The translations under genes and the position numbers were made by a program. From assembly GCA_030141605.1 (NCBI GenBank), contig JAQGDQ010002505.1:1-16629 (forward strand): DNA of 16,629 bases, given 5' to 3'. Every line of letters starts with the position of its first letter. Position 1 is the stretch's first letter. The DNA comes from Tubiluchus corallicola. Taxonomy: Eukaryota > Animalia > Priapulida. Shown one piece after another: positions 16,175-16,629 of this stretch. The notes below the pieces were generated by a model. It searched no databases. It saw only the letters and a list, made by a program, of their open reading frames with translations, and was not told the DNA's origin.

Positions 16175-16600
16175 TTATTTGAATTTAAATACTTTCTGAC
16201 GTAAACAATAAATAAAGAATCGACCATCATTACTAGTTTTTACTGCTATAGTTCCATAAAGACGCTTATCTGTCATAGCGTTAAATCTTTTTATATTTCT
16301 CTTTGAAGGATAAGTAAGTTTTGTCTTTTCCGGTAAAAAGCTATTTACAAAATCTTCATTAGGACTAATGTAAAATTCTTTGTTCTCTTCTATAATATTT
16401 AAGAAACTTCCTTGATAAATAACACCTTTCTTTATAAGGGTGTCTTGTGTTAGATATTTATCCCAAAATAAATTATAAAAATAATAAACAAAAAAAGTAT
16501 CATTTGAATGTTCTACAACATAATACCTCGGAAAAAAAAAACGACACTTGACAAAATAATGACTTGTATCCGTAAGATATATTTTGTCTATTTCTATATA
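16175..16600 (-). pseudogene. 5'-truncated copy of the 15535..16041 gene (allele D)
   Basis: 142 codons in frame, but homology ends at 16600, the signal peptide is missing and an in-frame TAG lies at 16619-16621. Confidence 0.8.
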
Positions 16601-16629
16601 AGCAATACGTAACTGGAACTACACAATGA

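Larger units (their letters stand above)
15448..16600. repeat. 513-bp direct repeat (15448-15960 and 16088-16600)
   Basis: Gap-free alignment at offset 640 with 15 substitutions. Confidence 0.95.

Noticed and set aside
13532-16600. Diversity-generating retroelement (TR/VR pairs)
   Set aside because: Differences are not restricted to adenines or AAY-derived codons, the variable span is long, and no reverse transcriptase is in the window.
1-16629. CRISPR array, rRNA or IS transposase
   Set aside because: No regularly spaced short repeats, rRNA-like sequence or transposase motifs were seen.

Overview
AT-rich window that looks like Bacteroidota DNA (TAnnTTTG-type promoters, integrase and RHS sequence types). 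It has two accessory regions separated by a 3'-half tRNA-Val(TAC) att fragment at 6745-6787. Left (1-6787, genes on the minus strand): the right end of a small integrative element with a tyrosine integrase, a frameshifted hypothetical gene, an HTH excisionase-like gene and a phage/plasmid-type replication initiator. Its cargo is two tandem pairs of membrane microproteins, two small ORFs behind a highly structured leader, and a Type IIG restriction-modification gene that runs off the left edge. Right (6950-16629): a second, inactivated tyrosine integrase, a few secreted or outer-membrane genes, and a decaying array of orphan RHS C-terminal toxin fragments with immunity-like genes. The strongest signal is in the duplicated immunity-like genes (one with a TonB C-terminal-like fold), which differ almost only by amino-acid-changing substitutions while the flanking duplicated DNA is nearly identical. 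A second signal is a predicted ~45-nt antisense RNA between xis and rep whose 5' end is complementary to two sites in the integrase leader. All counts and alignments were done by eye, and family assignments are motif recognition, not database searches.
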